NCBI RefSeq assembly: GCF_036321535.1
Contig: NC_087437.1
Span: 122,204,001-122,268,000 of the forward strand
Length of the DNA: 64,000 nt
Reading direction: 5' to 3'
From: Camelus dromedarius
Lineage: Eukaryota
The notes beneath the pieces were generated by a model that was given only the letters and a program-made list of their open reading frames with translations, was not told the DNA's origin and did no database searches. A program made the translations under genes and the position numbers. Positions within the stretch are counted from its first letter, which is position 1; each line of letters begins with the position of its first letter. Of the stretch, positions 43,015-54,900 are shown piece after piece.

Positions 43015-43185
43015 GTGGACAGAGAGAGAGAGAGAGACGGGAGAGTGAGGATGGGTGATAGATAGGTGACTGAGAGATAAATAGGTGACGTGATGAATGG
43101 ATAAGTGATGGACACGAAGGGGACACATGCACACATGAGCAGGACAGAGAAGCAGAGAGAGATGGATGAGAAATGAGACACAGAG
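43015..43185. repeat. GA/GATA-rich low-complexity tract
   Basis: agagagagagagagagacgggagagtgaggatgggtgatagataggtgactgagagataaataggtg. Confidence 0.7.
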
Positions 43186-43256
43186 TCTTGGTTTGTGGCC
43201 ACTTCAGGGACTCTTTTAAGCTCACTCTCTGTCAAGTGTCCTATTAAACCCCTGGC

Positions 43257-43650
43257 TGTGTATCGTCTGCTGGGGCTGGCCTAACAAAGCACCACGACCT
43301 GGGGCCTGAAACAAGTCTGGAGGCCAGAAGGCCGAGGCCAGGTGCTCGCAGGGCCGCACCCCTGAGAAGACTCCAGGGAGGGGTCTGTTCCAGGCTCTCC
43401 TGTAGTCCCTGGACTTGCAGCGTCACTGGGACACTCTCTCGGTGTTCTCCCCGGGCGTGTCCGTGCCCCTGCTCCCCCCTGTGACAAGGACACAGTCATG
43501 CTGGGTTAGGGCCCATTCTGCTCCAGGACGGCCTCAGCTAAACTAATTACAACTGCAGTGATTGTTTCCAAATAAGGCCACATTCTGAGGTCCTGGGGGC
43601 TAGGGCTTCAGCATGCAAATTTGGGGAGGGGGGCGATTCAGCCCAGACCA
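43257..43650 (-). mobile_element. MLT1A/B-like LTR between the COL6A2 and FTCD 3' ends
   Basis: gggctggcctaacaaagcaccac...ggaggccagaag...ccaaataaggccacattctgaggtcctgggggctagggcttcagcat...attcagccc. Confidence 0.8.
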
Positions 43651-45510
43651 CACTGACACCTTAGTCACCTCCCTCTGGGGTGACCAACTCATTTTGTGGC
43701 ACTTCTGCCCCTCCTGTCATCTGCCTGAACAGCCTACAGCTGGAGGGGAGGGCCTCACACCAAGTGCCTTCTCTTCCTCTGCACCCCCTCCATCCCCCCA
43801 AAGAACCGTACAAAGTGCCAGCAAGAGAGAGAAGAGTCCAGCAGCCCCAGCCTCAGACAGCAGCGCTGGCGCCTGTGACCGTCAGAGCTCAGGGTGGGGG
43901 TGGCAGGGGCCCCTCCCTCCACGTGTCCAGAGTTCTGCCTGCTGGACCCTGCACAGGGCCCCCTCTTCAGAGGAAAGGACATCCCTCTCTGTGATGCCAG
44001 CCCCTCATGTTCAGCCTCCGGCCCCAGGAAGGCAGGAACGCCTATCCCTTTGGAAGGGACTTCAGACTCTGGTGAGCGAGTAGGTGGGGTCCCCCCAGGG
44101 TGTGGGCCAGCTTCCAGACCCCAGCAGCAGCTCACAGGGGAACCGAGCCTCCCTGTGGGAAGTGTGTACTTGCGCCAGACGTCCACCGGAAAGCAGATGC
44201 GGTCACCATGGAGGAGGGCTGTGCTGGTCAGGGGCAGGGGTCAGGAGGACTCTGGCCGCCCAGGACATGCTTTGTCACAGGCTGGGGGTGGGAGCACCTT
44301 TCGGAATGTATGTTGCATTTCACAACCGGTGAAGGGACCATGGGGAAAAACAAACACGAAGTCAGTCCCTCAGTGCGGACGAGAAAGGGCTCCGGGCCGT
44401 CTTGTTAAGTGGAGCGGAACTCAGCTGTTGATCCGCTCCCTTTACAGAGCAGGGAAGAGTCAAGAACATGTGCTCATGTGCGTCTGTGTTTGCATAAACA
44501 CACGCTAAGTGCGCACAGGAGGGAATTCAACGGTTTCCTAAAGAGGATGGAAGGGGCTGGTGGGCACCGGGCAGTGGGGCTTCTCCGCAGGAATCTGTAA
44601 AGTGCTGGGTTTTGAACCGTGTGATGCATCGCCTATTTTAAGGCTGAGTTGGGAACCTCCACCTGCAGCCACCTGGTGCCCAGTCTCCCCCAGCAGAGCC
44701 GACCCTCACGCCCTCGCAGCTCGAAGCCTGGAGGATGCTGCCTTCCTGGGGCACCACGGCCGCCTGCCCCGGCCTGTCCCGGCGTCCCCACAGGGCACCC
44801 AGCACACACTCTGTGCTCGGCCCCTCCTCCTCCAGCCGCATCCGGGACCCCACAGACTGCCCTGCGTCATCGCTCGGCTGGGCAGCAATGACCCTGGACC
44901 AGGGTCTGCTGTGGGGCTGCGTCTTGTCTTACTGCGCCCAGGCCTGGGACTCTCCACCACACCCCCTGCCACCACCCAGGCCCCACAGGGGTCATGGGCT
45001 GGGAGGTGGGGGAGCCACCCTCTTAGGACCCCCACTGCTGGGCCTTGGCCCCAGAGCTTTCAAGAGACAAGTCAGCGCTGGTGCCCGGGACACCCCCCAC
45101 CCAGAACCCCAGGGTCCGATGCTTCCCCTCTTCCGGCCCGGACTCGGGAACTGGCCCTCATGTCACCATTACCTCCCCAGGAACTCCTGGCCACCTGCTC
45201 CTTTTCCCCTTCTCCTGCCCTGCGAGGAGCTGGCGCGGCCACCCCTCACCTCGGAGGACTACGCACTCTACCACCCATGCAGCAGCGAGGCCTCGTCCCT
45301 CCGTGAGATGTGAGGGGTCCTGCTATGAGGCCCTGTTCCCCGGGCACCCCAGGAGCTCCTGTCTCCTCATGCTGTGCCCCCACTTCCTCCCACCCGTCTC
45401 CTTGTGCACGTAGGTCCCAGAGTGCCTGTCTCTGCCACTCAGCTCAGCCCTGCCCAGCCCCCACCCTGTGGTACCCCACAGGCACTCCACAGGCACTGGT
45501 GTGTTGTGAC

Positions 45511-45516
45511 TTTACT
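45511..45516 (-). terminator. FTCD: Probable FTCD poly(A) signal, variant AGTAAA
   Basis: Minus strand reads gcctccAGTAAAgtcacaacacacc ~150 nt after TGA; I saw no AATAAA nearer the stop. Confidence 0.6.
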
Positions 45517-45665
45517 GGAGGCTGCAGGTGACAGAGGGTGACGCCACCAACCCCAGACAGAGCCCACCCCCACCACAGCCCCCCTTTCCTTGCCCCCCAC
45601 ACCCTCCCCGCTCTGGGCCCCACAGCCGCCCTGTCCTCCCGACAGGGAGGTCCCCCCCCCAGCTG

Positions 45666-48600
45666 TCACTCCTGCCGGGCCTCCAGGCGGTCCAGCACCA
45701 GTGCTGCCTGGGTCTTGGCTTCCTGCAGGAGGCTGGAGATGCGCTGACGGACCTGACGGACAGAGAGACCTGGTCATCACCCCACTGGCCAGGCCTCTCT
45801 GCCACCTCCCTAGCGTGTCCACTCCAGGCGACCCCAAGCCCCTGACCTGGGGACCTCAGCTCCTCATGGGTCTCTTGGTGGGGGTGGGAGGGGCCCCTCT
45901 CCTTTCTGAGATGTGGGGCCAGCCAGACCCCAGTCTCAACGCTCTGGGCCATCCCACTTTAGCCATGACTGCCCAGGGCAGGGCTGAGTCCCCGATGCCC
46001 GAAGGGGCAGCACTCAAGTAGTCTGTCCTTTATCTCAGTGCCCAGGTGGTGGACAGTGACTTCCCTGATGGCCAAGCCCAGCCTGGCTGCAGCAGGCAGG
46101 TGCAGACAGGCTGGCCTTCGAAAAGGCCACAGTGCTCCCATTCCGAGCCAGGAAATTGCTTTTTAAAGATTGTCGCAAATCACAGAGACACATGGGTGGT
46201 GGCAGGGCTGGGAACAGGTGACTGCAGGGTCCCCTCTGGAGTGAGAAGCGGTGGTGGCTTCACAACACCATGAATGTGCTTAATGCCACTGAATTGTACC
46301 ATGTAACCAGGTGAGCTGCACATTCTGTGAATTTTACTCTAATAACAACAGCAATTAAATTATCAGTGGAATAATGGCGTAGGTTGGTGACAGGTCTTCG
46401 AGACCTCGTGTTGCCAGTGCTACAGCCCAGCCCAGCTCAGGGTCCCCAGCCTGGCCAGAGCTGCAGGGGAGGGAAAGAGGGAGTGCTGGCAGGCGCCCAG
46501 GCCTCCACAGAGACCCTGAAAGAAGACCTCGGCCGTCGCCGGTGCCCACACTCTGCAGGCCAGGCCTCATCCACCCACAGGAGGTGCGGGACCGTCTCAT
46601 CAGACGGACGTCCCCTCCCTCGAGGACCTGTTGGCCAGGTGCCCAGGCCCCACGTCGGTGGACCTCCAGCCCCCCGTTGGGGCCTGGCCCACGCTCCTAC
46701 ACACCTGGTCCTTAAACTCATCATCGGTGACACCCTTCAGGTTGATGACCACGTTGAAATACGCACCAAACACGCCTGTCTCCAGGGCCTTGGCTGCCAC
46801 CTGCAAGAGTCACCGTGACGGGGCGGCCACCACGGCGGGCGACCAGCAGAGGCTCGCCAGGCCCACTCCGGAGCCGGGGACGTGGCCGCAGGAGCTCGTG
46901 CCCTGTCCGCAAAGCGCCCGGGAGCTCCCGCAAGGCGGCAGGACGGCTCTGAGGAGACCCCGGCCCTCTCTCCGAGCATAGAAGGCCCATCCAGAGACGG
47001 AGGTAACACACCCCCCATCCACCCCCGCTTCGAGCTCCTCTCATCTGAGCGAAGCCAGCCTCCTGGCGCACGGCTCAGGCCCAGGCCGGTCACTTCCCGG
47101 CCCTCTCCCTGGCCATGGGGGAAAGTCTTGGAGCCTCGGGAGCCCAGTTTCCCGCACAGCCCTCCCCCTCGGGTCACACGGGCAGGGGGAGCATCTACAC
47201 AGCCCTCTGGAGCTGGGAATCACTGGATAGAGGCCTGGCCCTCCCTGGGGGTGTCCCAGGGCCCCCACGCCATTGAGAATTCAGAGGCCCACCCTCAGCT
47301 GACCATTCCACAGCCTGGTCCACACCTCACTGGCCTCAGTGCTCATGACCCCACAACCAAAGCTGCATGGCCCTTGGCCAGAGCAGGCCACAAGGAGGCC
47401 TTCAACAGTGAGCACCGTGTGCTAGGTGCTCACAGGCCTCATGGGCCAAGGGGGTGCCCAGAACGCAGGGACCTTGGTCTCTGGGCTCAGCAGCTTCCAT
47501 ACGTTGTCAGCATTCTCAAGGGGCCTCAGGGCTGGACACCAAACACAGGTGTCTGTCTTGTAAAGACCCTGAGAGCCCTGGAGCTTCAGGACAGGCTATA
47601 GAACCCGCTCTAATGTCCCTGGTCCCCACGCCCTCCACACACCAGCTGTGGACACATCTGTGAGCTGCTGTGGGGTTTTCTGGAGGGACAGGCGCTGGGA
47701 AGGAGTGGGGCAGGGTCTGTGGAAATGGTTAGGGATGGACTCTGTAGACACATTTGAGGTTCTGCCTCTCTGCTGGGATGCTCTGAACAAGACCCTTAGT
47801 TCTCCACCTTAAGGTGGGTAACTGAGCCGGCCCTGCTGGCTGAGGCCGGCCAAGACACCCTGCGAAGTGCTCGGGTCCAGGCCGGGCTCCTTAAACATAC
47901 AGTGATCAGCTGTGGTGCCCAACGACCCTCCACACTGCCCCCACCCCCAGCGGGCAGTGGACCCCTCCCTGTACCTGCAGGTCCGACCGGCAGCCCAGGT
48001 TCCCACACAGGGCCAGCTCCTGCAGCGCTGGCCACAGTGAGGCCACTGTCTCCGCCAGCTCCAAGGGCACGGCCACCGCCTGTCTCAGCCCCTCTTGCAG
48101 GGCAGCTGTGCGCCTGAAAGGCAGGGCTCAGTGGTCCAAGCCCAGGGCACCCAGGCACCGCCAGCCCCACCCAACAGCTCCACCCCAAGCAGGCAGAACT
48201 GGGGGGGCCACAGGGACATCGTTCCTTAGGCACAACACACCAGAGGTGGACTGAAAGGTACCAGGGCCTTTCAGGGCACCTGGCGTCCACAGCCTGGTAT
48301 GGCACCCCACGGCCACTGCTGTACTCACCTGTCCCTGTCCTCAGGTGTGTTCTTGGGCAGCTTCACTGCTTTCTGTCAGAGCAAACACAGAAACGCCCAA
48401 GGGAGTGACTGAGGAAGAGGGCCTTCTGGCCACACAGGGGCCTGGGGGAGTCAGGTAGCCTCCACACCCGGACCGCAGCTCCAGGGCCGGCGCCGCAACC
48501 GGGCACAGACACACTTTCGGATGAGCACTGCTAGTGGGTCCGTGGATTAAACTTCTCGGCATTCAGCCCCAGACAGAGGAAGGCAACATGGTGCGAGGCC

Positions 48601-51600
48601 TCCACATTGGGCACTGAGGGACTAGAGAGGAGGGGGCTGTGCCCTCAGGGGCCGAAGGGTAGCAAATCCTCCAACCCTCGACCTCCCCACAGCACTGGCT
48701 CCATTCAAGGCAACTGCGTGGCCCCCAAAGAGCAGACATAAAAGTTCAGGGCATGTCCCTCCCTCCCCAAAGGCGCCACCTAGCAGTGGTCACGCGGGTG
48801 TGTGACTCCCCTGGGTCGGGCAGGCCTGTCCTCATCCGAGCACCCTGTGCTGTGAGCGGCCATGTCCAGGCTCTCCCGCTCACACCCCAGTGTCCCAGCC
48901 CTACCCACGTGCAGGGCTTCTGGACAGGTCCAAGGATCACTGGGTGGGGACTGTGCCTTTCAGTTTTGCAGATTTGGCCAAATCTCCACCCCGAAGTTGT
49001 TACCAGTCAGCTGGGCCATCAGCCCTGCGCAAGAGCAAACTCTCCCAGGACCCCAGAAGCTGATTCTGCCCCTCCTGACACACCAACCTCCCCGGGGCCC
49101 CGCTGGTGTCCTGTCCTGCGACGGCTCGTTGCTCCTTTCCATGAACGCAGGACCCTGCTGGATCTGTGTGGCCAGACCCTGGTGGTGGCTTCTCCACTGG
49201 GCAGAACTCTGCTAATTTTAATCACGTCTGTCTTTCACGAGGCCACGTCTGTGCCTGGTTGAGGAGGCCTGGCCCCCAGAGTTGGACGTATTTTCTGAGC
49301 TACTGTGAGGTTGTCTAGGGGGCAGAGGGAGGTATATATCTAGCTTCTGACTCCATCCAGAGATCGCAAACGTATTTGGTGCAAGATAAGGCGGTTCCCT
49401 TATTTTTTTTCAGAAGTCCTTCTTCTTGCTGCTCAGCAGGAACATAAACCGCGCCAGTGTCTCCCCGGCTCACGTTTGTGTGCGGGTGACTGTTGGCTGG
49501 GTGTGTCTCTGTCTCGTCGTTTTGGTTTAGGTTTTCTCTGAACCACTCCGCTTCGCTAACTGTCTTTCTTCTTCTTTCCTGCCTTTTGATTAGATTTTCA
49601 CGTTTCAAATTCCTCCTCCAGTTCTTTTATATTTGTCTTATTTCTAATCTGTAGTGGTAAGAATTTGTAATATTTTTAGTGTTAATAATTACACACTAAT
49701 TTTTACATGTAAGCTGACGTTTCTCCTTAGTCACCTCTCAGTGTCGTGAGCTCATCAGCACCGGCGACTGGAAACTCCGAGGGAGAAGTCCAGTAAGTTT
49801 GGCCTGGGGAGGCCATTCAACTATGACACAAAACACAGGAAAGAGCAGAAAGACTGACTACTCGGCGGCATAAAGACACAGCTCGCGTTGTCAGAAACCA
49901 GTACAAGCGAAATGAAGGTCAAAGCACCAGCTGGGGATCCTGGATCGAGAAGAGTCCCAGTGAGCTCACCACGAGAGACGGAGAAGAAAAGGACACTCAC
50001 TTCCCTGAAAAGGGGGCAAACACTCCTCCCGCTGCCCCGCCCGCAATGAGCCGCCCTCACCAGGGCGGCACCAAGAGACAGGCTGCGAGACCGCCCCGTC
50101 TGACAGCTCGCAGGTCGGGGGAAGAGGCGTGAGGACCGCACAACCTCTACAAGGCCCGCCGGACAGCACCCTTCAAGTGAGCGGCGCACCCACCCTGGGG
50201 CGAGAGTCCTTCTCCGAGTCACTCCTACTGCCCGTCCACCACACGCCTCCGCACGGACACTATCTGTTCACCCTGCGTGTCCCAGCTGCATCCCCAGCAG
50301 GGCTCCGCCCCAGGCAGCCCAGCGGGCCTCAGGGTGTCCCCACTCCAGGAGAACGTCACGTGAAGGGCTAATGAGGCAAAACTGAGCCATTTGTGTAAGA
50401 AAAAGAGAAACTGGGGCCATAGGAATGTACACAAATATCCCAGGAACTGGGCACTGGCAGCTGCACCTGCTCGGGGGGCAGGGCAGGTGTGCTGGGGGCA
50501 CCAGCTACCTTCTGCCCTTGTGAACTCTGAACCCCTGAAGGTTTCACTTATTTTAAAAAGCAAGTAAGTGAAATTCAGCCTTAAGAGTCCTTACAGAAGA
50601 GGGTATCGGTCTGTATGCCTCCCTGAAGACCCGCTCCAGTCAGACGGTCACCTCTTCCAGCATCACGACTTCCTCAGACGGAGCTCTGATTGTTCATGCT
50701 CTCCGAGGTGCCCAGCTCCCAGAGGTCCCCTCCCGGAGGTCCCCTGGTCCACGTCCTCCCTTCACGCCCAGTCTTGCCGGCGGGGCGGCTCTGTCTGGAA
50801 GGCCCTGGGATGCCTGGTGTCGGTGAAGCTCACACCTTCTCAGGCTGGTCTTCCTACACCCACGGAGTTCGAGCTCCCTCACGCCCGCTTGTCCCGGGTC
50901 CTCTCTGCTGGGGTTGCTCACGGACCTGCCCTGGGGCTTCTTGGCCTTGAACTTGCATCTCGACCTTTCTGCCCCTGGTTTTGATGGAGGCCCCTCCTCT
51001 GCTCCCCTCCTAGGTGAGCGCTGTCTGAACCTAACCACCTGTGTGTCCGTGTGATGTGAACATTCTCCAGTGGCCTGCTTTTTGTCTTATGGCTGAATGT
51101 CTTCTCTGGTCTCTCTGAGACCCTGACTCACCCGCATTTCCCCTGTGAAGATTTCTGTTCCAGCCCTTCCTGGCATGTGAGCTCTCCTTTGGGGACCCTG
51201 CCTCCCTCCAGCGTGGGCAGATCTGGGTGCCACCCACCAAGGGGACTCAAGGGGCAGCTGGCCAGGGGACACTGAGCCTGGCTGACCCTCCGGGCAGCTG
51301 TCCTTCTCTCCCTCCCCCCACCAAGCCCTACAGAGACTCCAACCCGGGGTCCTGCCTGCACCAGACCTGCTGGGTTCAGCCCTGCACCAGCAGGGAGGGA
51401 AGGCCCAGTAGAAGCCGACCACTGTCCCTCCAGCCTCTCTGGGCTTCAGCCCCCTGTGCTCCAGGCCCACCTTTCTTCCAGACCAGCACTGCCCACTGAC
51501 CCCCAACCTCGCCCAGGGCTGCAACTCACCAGGTAGGCCTCGAAGGCGCGGGCGTCAGAGTCCACCATCGCAGTCAGCTTGGCCGAGGCTGCGTGGAAAG

Positions 51601-51908
51601 GCGGGATCAGACGCCGCATGGTCGCGTCCAGGTGCTCAAACTGGCGCCGCCCGTAGGTCATGAGGCCAACCATGGAGGCCAGCGCGGCACCCTGGGGCGA
51701 GCAGAGCTGTGTGTGACCTGCCCCAAGGCCCTGCCCTGGCCTCCCCAGCATCCCCGCCTGACCCGGGCCTGCACTCACCATGGCTGCACAGGCCCCTGCC
51801 ACGGAGCCGCCCCCCGGGGCCGCCGAGCGGGCGCCCACCTCACGGATGAAGGCACACAGGGGCTGGTCCACCAGGCTCTGCTGGGACCCGCCCTCAGGGA
51901 CCAGGTAC
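45666..51908 (-). CDS. FTCD: FTCD exons 9-14 (cyclodeaminase domain)
   Basis: Motifs [92 protein letters not shown]. Confidence 0.95.
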
Positions 51909-54900
51909 CTGCGGGGATGGGGTGCTGGGTGGGGTTCAGGCCGTGCAGGGACGGGTATCAGAGAAGGGTCCTGGCAGTGACTGCCTGGCTGAGAGTGTGG
52001 GCTGGCCAGGCCAGGGTCCCTGACTCCAGGCCACCGCCCCACACCCCACCCGCACCAGCATGGGGAGGGGACAGGGCCCAGTCTGCAGAGCAGCTGCCCC
52101 AGGGAGGGGTTGTGACCAGCCAGGAGCTATGTGAGGACAGAGCAGGACCTTGTTGGGGCCTCACTGCACCTCCCCTCCCTAAAGGCCCCCAGCCCCACGC
52201 CTGGCGACAGAGCAGAGCTCTGGAAGGACCAGGTGTCTGCACGCAGGCGTGGGGGTCGGGGGTGTCACTCACTCGACGATCCGCTCCTTGGGGTTGAAGG
52301 GGCACAGAGAGTCCAAGCCCAGCCGGCTGACCACCTGGAAGAGAGGCAGGTGACAGGGAGCCACCCGGCCCAGCCCCCAGCAAGGCAGGCTCTGGTGCTG
52401 GCCCCGCCTGAGCCCGTGGTGCATCCGCACCCTTGTGGGGAGCCAGCCCGGGCGCAGAGGCCACACCCCTGCCCACCAGCAGCCCTGCTGACCGCAAGCC
52501 CTCAGGCACCCTCAGGGCTGCCTGACACACCCACCGTGCTGCCCACTCGGAGACCAAGGCCCCGAGTCAGCAGGGCCTGTTGGTGACTCCCCCAGAGAAC
52601 TGACAGCCATGCTGCCCCCACATGAGCCTGCTGCTGGAAGGGACCAAGAAAACTGCCTCTTTGGACAAGATTCCAGCTCCTCAGGGGCCAGATCTGCCTG
52701 GTCCTTAGAGTCCGGGAGCGGCCTGATCTGCCCAAATGTGAGACTCGCTACGGGGGAGATGTGCATCTCCCCTAAATCCGAGGCAGAGGTGGCAGCAGCC
52801 CTGTGAGGAGCAGACGCTCCGGACACTCGCAGTGCCAGGTGCCCACGGCACAGCCCCGGGCCACCGGAGCCAAGCAGAATAGACATGGGCAAGCGAGGCT
52901 TCAGAGTCATGAAGCAGCGGCCCCGGGACAGTCGGGAGGCCTCCCCGGGAGCCCAGAGACGGGGCTGAGCGCACGCTGAGAGCCAGCAGCCGCCACAGAG
53001 AACCTCAGAGGAGCGAACTGTCAGAGCGGATTCAGCACCTGGAAACCATCCGAGGCCAGAAATGCCCAGAAAGTCTCGCCCAGAAGGTGGGTCCACCCTG
53101 GAGGCATCTGAGCAGCCCCCAAGAGTTGGGGGGTCCTAAGACCGCACAAGTTGGGGTCAGACTGGACACCCCTGAAAGATGACATCTCCAAAGATGAAAC
53201 AGGGAAAAAAAACACCCGCCACAGGAAATAACTGGGACACTTCCGGTCTCGGCCTTCTCTCTGGTGAAGCAGGAGAAATATCTCTCCTGGAAATTCTAAC
53301 CATAAGAGTCCCTGATGGGGAGACGGGCCGCGGTTCAGGCAGAACTCCCTACTGTGTGGTTCCAAAACTCCAAGCAAAAGACTCATCTAAAGTGGCCCAA
53401 GCATCTAAAAGAGGCAAACACAAACTTTTAACCAAGAATTGCCACAGATGAGACTCCAAACAGGCACTCACAATCAAAAATCACAGAACACGTGAAGAAG
53501 TAATTGCTGTGAGAATCCACAGGCACGGCCGTCTGCAAAGTCAGACCTCCGGGACTACAGACCTCAGAACTTTCAGATAAAAAGTATAAAATGATACATT
53601 TTAAAAAGAAAAGAAGTGAAGGAGAAGGTACAGCGCAGTGGTAGAGCGCGTGCTCAGCAAGCATGAGGTCCTGGGTTCAGTCCCCAGCACCTCCATTAAA
53701 TAAATAAATAAATAAAGCTAATTATCCCCTCCCCCCCAAAAAAAGAAGAGAGTATGAAACACATTGACCAGGAGTAAACAAACGTCAGAGAGGCGACAGC
53801 TCCCACAGAGAAAGGGTGAGGTCAGAAAATTCTCCATGCTGCTAAACTTGTGGCTGGAATTCAAGAAGAGCAGGACATTTGCACATCCTCAACTTCCTCC
53901 CCAGGCAGTGGTAATTAACGACAAAAGGGAAAACAGAAACATAGCAGTGAATAACCCTGGGTAGGGGACACCAGCTTGACCAAGGGACCCAGTAAGGCCC
54001 TGAGGAGGACCCCACGTCACTTCTGGGCTGCTCCTGCCTAAAGGCACAAGAAAGGTCAGCCTGGCACCCAGCGAGCAGCACTTCACAAAACCACCAGCCT
54101 GTGCTTTACAGCCCATCACCACCGTCAAGGAAGGGGCTGGCCCAGATTAAAGGCCACAAAAGACAAGGCACCTGAAGCTACTGTTGGTCTAGGCTGGACC
54201 CTGGAGTGGAGACAGTAATGTAATTTGATTGTGGTCGCAGATTAGATACTAGATTGTACCGGGTTGAATTTCCTGATTTTGAACGTCGCACTGTGATTGT
54301 GTAAGAGAACGTCCTTGATCTTAAGAAATACACCCTGAATGAATTCAGGGTTAAGGGCACAGTGGCTTCAATCTACTCACAAATGATCCAGAAAAAAGAA
54401 ATGCGATTATATGTGAATACAGAGAAAGAATAATAGAGCAAATGGGGCAAAATGCAAACGATGGGTGGACCTAGAGATGAGGGAGCTCCTGGTACTGCTG
54501 CACCTTCTCTGCGAGGAGGAAATTACATCAGAATTAAAAGTTACGCAAAACTCTGTAACAGCTGGAGAGAAGACCGGGCCGCAGACTGCAACAGTGACTG
54601 AGAAGCCAGGCCTCAGAAGACCACAGCGGACCTGGCGGAGAGGAGTGGAAAGAAAGCGGAGAAAAGACAGACCGTGTGGAGGACGAAAACACTACCTCGG
54701 TGTAGCTGATGACTGAGAAGGAAAGGAACCGAAAACTGGGTCAAAAATACAGCGGAAGAAAACATCCCTGAAACGAAACAAGAGTGAGAACTCGTCCCAA
54801 AGGGAGAGCGACACAGACCAGCCAACACCAAGATGCGCGCGGCAGAGTCGCCGCCTTTCGAGGCAGGTTCTAAGGCAGATACTTAGCCACTGAAACAACC

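Noticed and set aside
53621..53695. tRNA-like sequence with A/B boxes (also 23615-23692)
   Set aside because: It continues into a SINE body and A-rich tail with flanking duplications, and the cloverleaf is degenerate; it is a SINE, not a tRNA gene.
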